NCBI GenBank assembly: GCA_964605655.1
Contig: CAZSDK010000006.1
Location: 7,341-71,340, forward strand
Direction of reading: 5' to 3'
DNA from: an uncultured Bacteroidales bacterium
GTDB lineage: Bacteria; Bacteroidota; Bacteroidia; Bacteroidales; CAIXZF01
Length of the DNA stretch: 64,000 bases
Part shown: positions 8,864 through 17,570 of the stretch, piece after piece
Numbering within the stretch: position 1 is the first letter of the stretch
Layout of the letters: the number at the start of each line of letters is the position of its first letter
Position numbers and translations under genes: made by a program
The notes under the pieces: generated by a model
The model's input: only the letters and a program-made list of their open reading frames with translations
Database searches by the model: none
What the model was told of the DNA's origin: nothing

Positions 8864-11332
8864 CTAACGCTGAGCCTGGATCATCAGCTTATGAGCCATG
8901 ACCCGGGCTTCTCCCTGAATCTGAAGGATGTACAGCCCCTCACTGAATGAGGAAAGGTCAAGCTCCAGTCGGGGAGAAGTTAGATATTTGCTTTCAGAGA
9001 CGGTCCTCCCGGTGGCATCCAGCAGGCTGACTTTCCACTCCTTCTCTGTATTGGTCACCACGTTCGTCTTTCCGGAAGCAGGATTGGGATACACACTGAA
9101 ATAGATTGGATCTGTCAGCTCGGCACAAGCGGTAAAAGGGTGACAGCTGACATGAGCTGTCCATCCGGTCCCGGTGACCGCCGGATCGGAGAAGAAATGA
9201 AAGGTCAGAGCCCCGGAAGGATGGGTCGATACAACGGTGCCGGGTGAGTTGGATCCACAGTATTTCCCGATAAGAGGGGATGCGGTGGAAGGGCCATTAA
9301 ACACTTTGAGATAATCATAATCACAGTTGGGTTCGTCTTCCAGGTCGAAGGAAAGAAATTCGGTCTCCATGTAATAGTTCGATGGTGCCAGGAAAGTGGT
9401 GATATATTCTGACAGGTTGGTGTAATTGCCCAGTAAACCACCGTTATCGTAGAACACAGCATTACAGGTTGATACCTGCTGATTAGCCATAATCACCTGT
9501 ACCCCTATGATGAGGTGTTTAGTAAAGTAGGTGGAATAGGTCCCGTCATCGACGGTAAAACGCAGGTCGACCAGAGCACCCAGTGGTACACTCTGAGAAA
9601 CGGTCAATGAGAATGCCAGGGGTATGGACTGGTTCATATTGATCACACCTGCATTGACGGGGAGGGTGTTTACCAACACCTGAGAGGCATAAGGTCCTTG
9701 TACGATGCAGCTGACCATCGCATTCGAAGAATTGATCTGACCGAAGTTAGATACCAGGATGTTGACATCCCCCGTCTCATTAGGTTCCAAAAAACCGTCT
9801 CCGTTATTGTCACCGGTGATATTCACGTAATTGATCACAAAGGAGGGAGCCGACTGGCCGGCGCCTATCTTGTAGGTCATTTCATGATCGGCCGGGCCGA
9901 TCTCCCATATCCTCAATCCACTGGGGTCGCCATTGTAGAGCTGTGAACTGGGTACTGTATTTAGGGCGAACTCATCGTTGAAACCTGCATGGAAGCAGGC
10001 CTGGCTGTGATCGTTGATATCGTTGTTGGCATGTTCCAGGAATACCTGGTGATGGGTGGTCTGGTTATCCCCGAGGCGGTCGATATGCCAGATGGTGAGA
10101 CCTTCGTCCTCTATATTATAACTCCTGCCTTCCTGGCTTCTGTTCTCAAAGATGAAGAACTCATTGGTATCGTTGGCGTTCCTGTATTTAAACACGGTGA
10201 GGTCGTTGGTGGTGTCGGTAACCAGACCGTTGAAATAGGTGACATCCACTACGTTACACCATCCGGCATCGCTGCTGAAAAAGGGGTTGGGGGGCACCGG
10301 GTTGGTGTAGCTTCCGTACCAGCACATCAGGTCAAAGGCACCAATGCCATCGGGACCCGTGTTATTGTTGTATTTGTAGGTATCGGGCCATTTCCCTACC
10401 ATGTGACCATTTTCATGAGCCACCACGGCCAGTTCCAGGGGATCGTTGGCCGGGGAGCAGTTGTAATCATGAGAATGGACTCCGTTGGCACTGAACCCGG
10501 TATAACTTCCCTGGTGGTACCACATGCCCTGTGCCCAGTTCATCGGGTAACCCGTGTACATCAGGTTAATGGCCTCGATACTGCCGTCGGGGTTGGTGGA
10601 CAGAGTCGAAAAATCAAAACCGAGGGATGCCACCCAGTTCAGGGCCAGGCCCAAAATGATCTGCGCCCCCTGGGCATAAGGCATGGCCTCGTAATCAGAA
10701 AAAGGCAGGGGGGCCGTATAGTAACCAAAGACTACATTTTCGTAATTGAGAAGTCCTCCGGAGATGTCATGATAAAAAGTCCTGAGCGAACCATTATTTC
10801 CGTAATTACAGTAAGCCATATCATTACAGAAATTTTCGAACTCGCTCATCGGCAGGACTCCGGGATAATCGGGAAAATCAACCACCAGGCATATTCCTTT
10901 GATGTCTCCCAGCACAGGCGGGGAAGCTGAAGGTCCTTTTGAAGCTGGTGAGGCCTTGCCTTTGAGCAGGTGCAGGTTGCGCTGTATGCATTCTTCGCGG
11001 GCTTTCTCAGTGATATCAAGGTGCATGGGAAAAGGCAGGCCGGTCTTCCAGCTGTTTATATCGTCGGTCCTCCCCGTGTACCTAATCCCGGTTGGAAGTA
11101 AGCGGTCTCCTTCAGCCGATAACACCGCATATTCCATCCATCCCGAGGAAGGGTTCCTCACCAGGGTATAACCGTCGAGACCCTCGCCTCTCATATAGTA
11201 TTCATCACCAAACAACCTGACATCGACCATGCTGCCGTCCGGTTGCTTAAATGGCTGGACTTTCCCATGGTAGGGGGCAGAAAATACTGATAATGTGATA
11301 CTTAGCAATAACAGTGTCACCAGTTTTTTCAT
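8864..11332 (-). CDS. Secreted M6-family (InhA-like) zinc metalloprotease with a CUB-like module and a T9SS C-terminal sorting domain
   Basis: Signal peptide. HExxH in VVAHENGHMVGKW. CUB-like CDYDYLKVFNGPSTASPLIGKYCGSNSPGTVVSTHPSGALTFHFFSDPAVTGTGW. C-terminal VYPNPASGKTNVV...GLYILQIQGE. Confidence 0.9.
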   Translation of the reverse strand: MKKLVTLLLLSITLSVFSAPYHGKVQPFKQPDGSMVDVRLFGDEYYMRGEGLDGYTLVRNPSSGWMEYAVLSAEGDRLLPTGIRYTGRTDDINSWKTGLPFPMHLDITEKAREECIQRNLHLLKGKASPASKGPSASPPVLGDIKGICLVVDFPDYPGVLPMSEFENFCNDMAYCNYGNNGSLRTFYHDISGGLLNYENVVFGYYTAPLPFSDYEAMPYAQGAQIILGLALNWVASLGFDFSTLSTNPDGSIEAINLMYTGYPMNWAQGMWYHQGSYTGFSANGVHSHDYNCSPANDPLELAVVAHENGHMVGKWPDTYKYNNNTGPDGIGAFDLMCWYGSYTNPVPPNPFFSSDAGWCNVVDVTYFNGLVTDTTNDLTVFKYRNANDTNEFFIFENRSQEGRSYNIEDEGLTIWHIDRLGDNQTTHHQVFLEHANNDINDHSQACFHAGFNDEFALNTVPSSQLYNGDPSGLRIWEIGPADHEMTYKIGAGQSAPSFVINYVNITGDNNGDGFLEPNETGDVNILVSNFGQINSSNAMVSCIVQGPYASQVLVNTLPVNAGVINMNQSIPLAFSLTVSQSVPLGALVDLRFTVDDGTYSTYFTKHLIIGVQVIMANQQVSTCNAVFYDNGGLLGNYTNLSEYITTFLAPSNYYMETEFLSFDLEDEPNCDYDYLKVFNGPSTASPLIGKYCGSNSPGTVVSTHPSGALTFHFFSDPAVTGTGWTAHVSCHPFTACAELTDPIYFSVYPNPASGKTNVVTNTEKEWKVSLLDATGRTVSESKYLTSPRLELDLSSFSEGLYILQIQGEARVMAHKLMIQAQR

Positions 11333-11347
11333 AATTCATATTTTTTG

Positions 11348-11355
11348 CAAAGGTA
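11348..11355 (-). promoter_or_regulatory. Candidate -7 box (TACCTTTG on the minus strand) for the M6 protease gene
   Basis: Exact TAnnTTTG, 15 nt upstream of the ATG at 11332. Confidence 0.45.
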
Positions 11356-11393
11356 GGGCTTAAATCCTTAAATGAACCGCCCTACGGAATCCT

Positions 11394-11401
11394 TATCTTT
11401 G
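11394..11401 (+). promoter_or_regulatory. Candidate -7 box (TATCTTTG) for the SDR gene
   Basis: Exact TAnnTTTG, 33 nt upstream of the ATG at 11435. It lies downstream of the track start at 11372, so it argues for the shorter ORF. Confidence 0.45.
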
Positions 11402-11434
11402 TCGGTTCATAACTCCTATTACAACATTCACTAT

Positions 11435-12493
11435 ATGAAGACGATCGACAAAAGTAAACCTGTTCTGGTGACCGGTGGCAATGGCTATGTAGCCGGATGG
11501 ATCATTAAAAAGCTGGTTGATGAAGGGTTCATTGTACATGCAGCTGTCAGGGACCCAGAGAACAGCGAGAAGTTAAAGTACCTGGAAGCCCTGGCTGCGA
11601 AGGGGTCCGGTACGATAAGGTACTTCAGGGCTGACCTTCTGGAACCCGGTTCTTATACTGAAGCCATGAAAGGCTGTGAGCTGGTGTACCATACGGCCTC
11701 ACCTTTTTATTTACAGGTTAAGGATCCTCAAAAGGATCTGATAGACCCTGCACTGTCTGGGACCAGGAATGTGTTGGCGTCGGTCGACCAGACCCTGAGT
11801 ATCAAGCGGGTGGTGTTGACCAGCAGTTGTGCAGCCATCATCGGGGATTCCAGGGACACCCTGTCATTACCCGGAGGCATCGCCACTGAAAAGGACTGGA
11901 ACACCACGTCCAGCCTCACCAACCAGCCATACAATTACTCCAAGACCCTTGCTGAGCGGGAGGCCTGGAATATCTGCGGGCGACAGGAACGATGGGACCT
12001 GGTGGTGATCAACCCTTCCTTTGTATTGGGTCCCGGCATCGCTCCCACCAGCACCTCGGAGAGTTTTCGCCTCATCAAGCAGTTGACCGATGGAACCATG
12101 AAAACGGGGGTGCCTCGATACGAGATTGCGGTGGTGGATGTCAGGGAAGTGGCTGAGGCCCATTACCGGGCCGGTTTTACGCCTGATGCCGAAGGGAGAT
12201 ACCTCCTCTCCGCCGGGACGCGGAGTTTCCTGCAGCTGGCCCATGCGCTGCGCCAAAGCTTCGGACCGGGATATCCCCTGCCCTCGCGTGAGCTGCCCAA
12301 GTTTCTCGTATGGCTCATGGCTCCGGCAGCGGGACTCAGCCGGAGGATGGTGAGCCGTAATATGGGGTACCCTTACCGGGTTGATTCTTCCAAGAGCGAA
12401 GAAAAGCTGGGAATATCATACAGGAGCCCGGAAGAATCCATCGTGGATCACTTCAGGCAGATGGTGGAGCATGGCATTGTTTCATCCCGTTAA
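11435..12493 (+). CDS. NAD(P)-dependent SDR-family oxidoreductase (dihydroflavonol/aldehyde reductase-like)
   Basis: Rossmann motif VTGGNGYVAGWII. Catalytic YxxxK in PYNYSKTLAE. Start moved from 11372 to M22. Confidence 0.85.
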   Translation: MKTIDKSKPVLVTGGNGYVAGWIIKKLVDEGFIVHAAVRDPENSEKLKYLEALAAKGSGTIRYFRADLLEPGSYTEAMKGCELVYHTASPFYLQVKDPQKDLIDPALSGTRNVLASVDQTLSIKRVVLTSSCAAIIGDSRDTLSLPGGIATEKDWNTTSSLTNQPYNYSKTLAEREAWNICGRQERWDLVVINPSFVLGPGIAPTSTSESFRLIKQLTDGTMKTGVPRYEIAVVDVREVAEAHYRAGFTPDAEGRYLLSAGTRSFLQLAHALRQSFGPGYPLPSRELPKFLVWLMAPAAGLSRRMVSRNMGYPYRVDSSKSEEKLGISYRSPEESIVDHFRQMVEHGIVSSR

Positions 12494-12530
12494 ACAGATC
12501 TCAGATATTGGTTATTTTCAAAATAAAGAT

Positions 12531-12538
12531 TAAATTTG
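12531..12538 (+). promoter_or_regulatory. Candidate -7 box (TAAATTTG) for ypfJ
   Basis: Exact TAnnTTTG, 21 nt upstream of the ATG at 12560. Confidence 0.45.
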
Positions 12539-12559
12539 TTCTGATTAAAATCTTGAGTC

Positions 12560-13411
12560 ATGCGTTGGAAAGGATTAAGGCAGAGTGACAATGTGGAGGA
12601 CCAGAGGGGTGGGAGCAAAGGCAAGTTAGCCCTGGGCGGCGGGATCGGGACCATTGTCATCGTTATTATTGTGTGGTTGCTGGGAGGAGATCCCATGCAG
12701 TTCATCGGGATGCAGGGCAGCGGGACCCAGACAGAAGCTTCGGGTGACATTCCCAAGGATGACACGCTGGCCCAGTTTGTGGCGGTGGTGCTGGCTGAGA
12801 CTGAAGACACCTGGACCAGGATTTTCCAGGAGAACGGCCTTGATTACCGAAAACCTAAACTGGTCCTTTACAGTGGTCAGGTACAATCGGCCTGCGGGTT
12901 CGGAAGTGCCGCTACAGGACCCTTTTACTGCCCGGGAGATGAAAAAGTCTATATTGACCTTCAGTTCTTTGAAGAACTAAAGACCCGTTTCGGGGCACCG
13001 GGTGACTTTGCCATGGCTTATGTGATTGCTCATGAAGTGGGGCATCATGTACAAAAACTGCTCGGAACCCTCGACAAGGTGAACCAGGCCAGGCAGGAAT
13101 CGGATGAGGTCACATCCAACCGGATGCAGGTACGTTGTGAGTTACAGGCCGACTTTTACTCGGGCATTTGGGCATATTATGCCGGTAAATGGAAGAACAT
13201 CCTGGAAGAAGGTGACGTCGATGAAGCCATGAATGCCGCCGGTGCCGTAGGGGATGACCGGCTTCAGAAGCAGTCGCAGGGCTATGTGGTCCCCGATTCT
13301 TTTACCCATGGTACCTCCGCTCAGCGGTCGGGATGGTTCATGAAAGGATTTAAAAGTGGCAATCCTGATTCTGCCGATCCTTTCCAGGTAACATCTGATG
13401 CTTTGTTGTAA
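12560..13411 (+). CDS. ypfJ: Neutral zinc metallopeptidase, YpfJ family
   Basis: N-terminal MRWKGLRQSDNVEDQRG, a single TM segment, and the HEVGHH zinc motif with the downstream ELQADF segment typical of the family. Confidence 0.85.
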   Translation: MRWKGLRQSDNVEDQRGGSKGKLALGGGIGTIVIVIIVWLLGGDPMQFIGMQGSGTQTEASGDIPKDDTLAQFVAVVLAETEDTWTRIFQENGLDYRKPKLVLYSGQVQSACGFGSAATGPFYCPGDEKVYIDLQFFEELKTRFGAPGDFAMAYVIAHEVGHHVQKLLGTLDKVNQARQESDEVTSNRMQVRCELQADFYSGIWAYYAGKWKNILEEGDVDEAMNAAGAVGDDRLQKQSQGYVVPDSFTHGTSAQRSGWFMKGFKSGNPDSADPFQVTSDALL

Positions 13412-13414
13412 AAA

Positions 13415-13439
13415 AGAAGGCCTCTGGGAGAGGCCTTCT
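13415..13439. terminator. Perfect 11-bp stem / 3-nt loop hairpin, likely a bidirectional terminator (ypfJ and tRNA-Phe)
   Basis: agaaggcctct-ggg-agaggccttct. It is flanked by AAAAA on the plus strand, which is a T-run after the hairpin on the minus strand downstream of the tRNA. Confidence 0.7.
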
Positions 13440-13440
13440 G

Positions 13441-13513
<73 letters not shown>

Positions 13514-13528
13514 ATTCTTATGGAGGTG

Positions 13529-13536
13529 CAAAGGTA
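13529..13536 (-). promoter_or_regulatory. Candidate -7 box (TACCTTTG on the minus strand) for tRNA-Phe
   Basis: Exact TAnnTTTG, 15 nt upstream of the tRNA 5' end. Confidence 0.5.
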
Positions 13537-13595
13537 GGACATTTTTCGAGGATGTAAAAATTTTTTTTATCCCGGTCGAGGTACAATTAATTCCT

Positions 13596-13603
13596 TAATT
13601 TTG
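13596..13603 (+). promoter_or_regulatory. Candidate -7 box (TAATTTTG) for coaX
   Basis: Exact TAnnTTTG, 19 nt upstream of the TTG start at 13623. Confidence 0.45.
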
Positions 13604-13622
13604 TGATCGTTAACAATGAACC

Positions 13623-14351
13623 TTGAAGAAAAAACTCGTCATTGACATAGGCAATACCCGTATTAAAGCGGGTGTTTTTGAAGATAAACTGATTAAAAGT
13701 TCCTGGTTTTCACTGGTTTCTGATCTCTCCGGTTTTTTGGGGAAGATACAGGAAGAAACCCCCTTCCAGGCCGGCATCCTTTCCAGCGTGAGGGATGTTC
13801 CTTCAGAAATAGAAGCGATTACCCGGTCTGTCCCCGGGTTCCTGATGCTGCATGAGGGAACCCATGTACCTCTAAAAAATGCCTATGAGACACCACAGAC
13901 TCTTGGTAAAGACCGTCTGGCCGCCTCCTGCGGAGCTGCGGCTCTCTTCCCCGGCAGCGCTCTGCTGGTGATCAACGCAGGAACCTGCATCACCTATGAT
14001 CTCATCTCTGCCGAAGGCACCTACCTGGGGGGAAGCATTTCTCCCGGCCTTCAGATGAGATTGCAGGCGCTTCACACTTTTACCGGCCGTCTTCCGTTAT
14101 TACCCCTTGAACCACCGCCTCCCCTGCCCGGAAAGAACACCCGCGACAGCATCCTCACCGGTGCCGTCAGGGGTGCGCTCCTCGAAGCCGAAGGAATGAT
14201 CGCAGCCTATGAGGAGTCGCAGCACCCTCTTACCGTGGTGATTAGTGGAGGTGACGGCTCCTTCTTTGAGAATCAGTTAAAAAGTGGCATCTTTGTGGTC
14301 CCCGATTTGGTATTGACCGGATTAAATGAAATACTCGATTTTAATGACTAA
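13623..14351 (+). CDS. coaX: Type III pantothenate kinase
   Basis: LVIDIGNTRIKAGVF N-terminal motif and ASKHA-fold length. Apparent TTG start. Confidence 0.85.
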   Translation: MKKKLVIDIGNTRIKAGVFEDKLIKSSWFSLVSDLSGFLGKIQEETPFQAGILSSVRDVPSEIEAITRSVPGFLMLHEGTHVPLKNAYETPQTLGKDRLAASCGAAALFPGSALLVINAGTCITYDLISAEGTYLGGSISPGLQMRLQALHTFTGRLPLLPLEPPPPLPGKNTRDSILTGAVRGALLEAEGMIAAYEESQHPLTVVISGGDGSFFENQLKSGIFVVPDLVLTGLNEILDFND

Positions 14352-15621
14352 ACCTACCTACCTGAAAAGCCTGCTGCTCCTCATGCTGTGTTCTACGGTA
14401 ACCATGGCGCAGAAGCCTTTCAGCTCTCCTTACTCCCGTTACGGCATAGGGGAACTCTTCAAATCGACCAACTGCCAGACGATGGCAATGGGAGGTGCCG
14501 GCATCGGTATACGGGACGCTTCCTTCATCAACTTTCAAAATCCTGCCTCTTACTCTGCTTTTGACTCCCTCACCTTCCTGTTCGACGGAGCCGTGACCTC
14601 CAACTTTCAAACCCTGAAATCGGAAAACAACAGCCAGAAGGCCAATTATACCACCCTGAAGCACCTGCTGTTCGGATTTCCTGTCACTCATCGCTGGAAG
14701 ACCAGTGTGGGACTGCTCCCTTACAGCCAGGTAGGTTACAAGGTAGGCGATGAGGAGTACCCCGACAGCATCGGGTACCTGAAAAAATATTATGAAGGGA
14801 GCGGGGGATTCAACCAGGTGTACCTGGGCAATGCCTGGATGATCGGTAAACACCTTTCTCTGGGACTCAATGTCTCCTACCTCTTTGGCGGCATCGACCG
14901 GACCCGTTCCGTCACTTTCCCTGATTCATTGTATATCAGGAACTTCAGAGTTCAGGACAACATCCACATCAATGATTTCAGCTTTCAGTACGGACTTCAA
15001 TATCACACGAAACTGAACAAAAGCCTTCTTTTTACGGCAGGTGCCACCTTTTCAAATACCACCCATGCAAAAGCTGGGAAATCAACGCTTTCGGAATCTT
15101 TCACCCAGACCAGCCTGGGTTCTGTCACGGTCATGGATACCATTGACCTCATCCCGGAACAGGAAGGAATCATCGTTCTGCCGGGCAGCTATGGTGCCGG
15201 ATTTTCTGTTGAAAAACCACAGCACTGGCTTTTCACCGGTGAGTTTCAGTTCCAGGACTGGTCGCAATTTAAAGTTTTTGGAGAGGAAGACAGCCTGAAA
15301 AACTGCATGCAGGCTGCCCTGGGGTTCCAGATCATTCCCAATATCAACAGCATCACCAGTTATGCCCAGAGAATCAGCTACCGCTTTGGCATCAGCTATG
15401 CCAGGTCATACCTGGAGATGAAAGGCCACCAGCTCGATGACCTTTCGGGCACCTTCGGGCTGGGATTTCCCCTGGCCAAGACCAGGTCGAGGGTGAACCT
15501 GGGCATGAAATTTGGTAGGTTGGGCACTACCCAGGACCACCTGATACAGGAAAATTATTTCATGATCACCCTGGGAGTGTCGGTACTCGAAAATTGGTTT
15601 TACAAAAGAAAGTTTGAATAG
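14326..15621 (+). CDS. Outer-membrane beta-barrel protein, FadL/PorV-like style, function unknown
   Basis: Signal peptide LLLLMLCSTVTMAQ. Glycine-rich MAMGGAGIGIRDASFINFQNPA segment. Alternating beta-strand pattern and an aromatic-rich C-terminus. Alternative start at 14344. Confidence 0.7.
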   Translation: MKYSILMTKPTYLKSLLLLMLCSTVTMAQKPFSSPYSRYGIGELFKSTNCQTMAMGGAGIGIRDASFINFQNPASYSAFDSLTFLFDGAVTSNFQTLKSENNSQKANYTTLKHLLFGFPVTHRWKTSVGLLPYSQVGYKVGDEEYPDSIGYLKKYYEGSGGFNQVYLGNAWMIGKHLSLGLNVSYLFGGIDRTRSVTFPDSLYIRNFRVQDNIHINDFSFQYGLQYHTKLNKSLLFTAGATFSNTTHAKAGKSTLSESFTQTSLGSVTVMDTIDLIPEQEGIIVLPGSYGAGFSVEKPQHWLFTGEFQFQDWSQFKVFGEEDSLKNCMQAALGFQIIPNINSITSYAQRISYRFGISYARSYLEMKGHQLDDLSGTFGLGFPLAKTRSRVNLGMKFGRLGTTQDHLIQENYFMITLGVSVLENWFYKRKFE

Positions 15622-15624
15622 CCT

Positions 15625-16950
15625 ATGAAGGTTTTACGGTCATTCATCATCATCCTTATTTTTATCGCGGGTACTGGCAGTCTCGCTGCACAGGGCGGCC
15701 AGATGCCAGCTCCTGTGAATTCCGACAGTTTATTCTGTCAGGAAAAGCTCTCAAAGTTCCAGGAATTGATACAGAAAGGGAAATTCAAGGATGCCCAGCT
15801 CATGTGGAATACCTTGTACTCCCGTTGTCACGGATATTCTGAAGAGCTTTACACCAGCGGCATCTTGCTGTATGACCAACTCTGGAACCAGGAAAAAGAC
15901 TCTGCAACTAAAGTCATGCTGGTAGACAGCCTGATGCTCATGTTCGACCGTCAGATCCTGTATTTTGGTAAAGAAGGCTCTACATTGGGGAGAAAAGGAA
16001 CAGAACTGTTCAACCATAACCCTGCCAAAGCCAAAGAAGCGTTTAACATCATTCACCGTTCGGTGGAACTGGAAGCCGTGAACACCAAACCCAATGTGCT
16101 GTTGAACTACTTGAAAGCCGCTATCTTTCTTGCCAGTAAAGGACTTATGGATACAGCTACGGTCATCGCCACTTATGATGACTGCCGCGTCCTCATCATG
16201 ATGAAGATGCAGAGCAAGGCCATGGACAAGGACCTGATCATCAGTGTTTCCAAGAATATTGACCTTTCCTTTAACAGTTTTCTGGGTTGCGATCAGCTTC
16301 AGAAGGTGTATCAACCCCAGCTCAGGACGGATTCCATCGATTACGGTCTCATGGAGCAGATCATCCAGGTGTTGGAGAAAAATCACTGCATCACTTCCGA
16401 CTTCTACCTGAGCCTCACCAAACGTTTGTACGACAGGGATACCCTTCCGGAGAACGCGATTCGGGTTGCAAGGTATTTTGTGAAAAAGTACAATCATTCC
16501 CTTTCTATTCCCCTGTTGTTACGGGCTTTCAAATGCAAAGACAGTCTTTTGGCAGCAGAAGCTCACCTGGAAATAGCACGTATTTACATGAACACCAACC
16601 GTTATATCCTTTCAAGGGATAATGCTTTGGAGGCTCTGGCACTCAACCCGAAGCAAGGGGAACCCCTGATCATTATCGGCGACTGCTATGTGTTGGGGAT
16701 CAGCGAATGCGGTGAGTCTGACTTTGGCCGAAGGACCGTTTACTGGGCTGCCGTTGATAAATATGAAGAGGCAAAAAAGAAGTACCCTGATCTCCGTACC
16801 CTGGCCGAAAGCAGGATAGCGAAATTTTCGAAGCAGTTTCCCGAAGAACAGGCCATGAAAAAATACCGGCTCGAGGAAGGATCCAACTATACCGTCGGAT
16901 GCTGGATCAATGAAAAGACCACTGCAAGAGCCTTAAAAAAAGCTCCCTGA
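15625..16950 (+). CDS. Periplasmic/secreted helical-repeat (TPR-like) protein, function unknown
   Basis: Signal peptide FIAGTGSLAAQ. All-helical repeat-like sequence. Tightly packed between the OMP gene and lptC. Confidence 0.6.
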   Translation: MKVLRSFIIILIFIAGTGSLAAQGGQMPAPVNSDSLFCQEKLSKFQELIQKGKFKDAQLMWNTLYSRCHGYSEELYTSGILLYDQLWNQEKDSATKVMLVDSLMLMFDRQILYFGKEGSTLGRKGTELFNHNPAKAKEAFNIIHRSVELEAVNTKPNVLLNYLKAAIFLASKGLMDTATVIATYDDCRVLIMMKMQSKAMDKDLIISVSKNIDLSFNSFLGCDQLQKVYQPQLRTDSIDYGLMEQIIQVLEKNHCITSDFYLSLTKRLYDRDTLPENAIRVARYFVKKYNHSLSIPLLLRAFKCKDSLLAAEAHLEIARIYMNTNRYILSRDNALEALALNPKQGEPLIIIGDCYVLGISECGESDFGRRTVYWAAVDKYEEAKKKYPDLRTLAESRIAKFSKQFPEEQAMKKYRLEEGSNYTVGCWINEKTTARALKKAP

Positions 16951-17540
16951 TGACACTTTCCCGGACAGTTACCGGTCATCTTGCAAAGCTTCTGGCGGCC
17001 ATGCTCCTGCCTGCCTTATTCTCGCTCTATTCCTGTAAAAATGATATCAGTACCGTTTCCGTGCTCCTGGCTGATACCCTTCCCGCGGAATCAGCTAAAG
17101 ATATTCAACTGGTCTACAGTGACTCAGCAGAAGTTGCGGTGATCGTTAAGAGCCCGGTGATGCATCGTTTCGAGGGCAACGAGCCCTACCTCGATTTCCC
17201 TAAAGGTGTGGAAGTGGTTTTTTACAACAAAGGACTGAAAGAGAAGTCAAAGCTAACCTGCAGGCATGCCAAGGTGTTTGAGAATACCAAGATCATGGAG
17301 GCATACAGCAAGGTGGAGATACGAAGCCTTGAAAAGGAGGAGAAGCTGAACACCGAACACCTGGTCTGGGATGAGAGACAAGGAAAGATATATACCAATG
17401 AATTTGTGAAGATCACTACCAAGGATAAAGTCTTGTATGGTCACGGTTTTGAGTCGGACCAGAACTTTGATCACTGGATCATCAGAAAGCCTACCGGTAG
17501 CTTTGCACTTGAAAATGAAGCAGAAGGCAGGGATAAGTAG
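16950..17540 (+). CDS. lptC: LPS export periplasmic protein LptC (Bacteroidota type)
   Basis: Lipoprotein-like LFSLYSC. The beta-jellyroll-like segment IQLVYSDSAEVAVIVKSPVMHRFEG...HLVWDERQGKIYTNEFVKI resembles the LptC family. Conserved position upstream of the GldE-like gene. Confidence 0.7.
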   Translation: MTLSRTVTGHLAKLLAAMLLPALFSLYSCKNDISTVSVLLADTLPAESAKDIQLVYSDSAEVAVIVKSPVMHRFEGNEPYLDFPKGVEVVFYNKGLKEKSKLTCRHAKVFENTKIMEAYSKVEIRSLEKEEKLNTEHLVWDERQGKIYTNEFVKITTKDKVLYGHGFESDQNFDHWIIRKPTGSFALENEAEGRDK

Positions 17541-17570
17541 TACCTTTGCAGTGAAAACTCACCAAACCGG

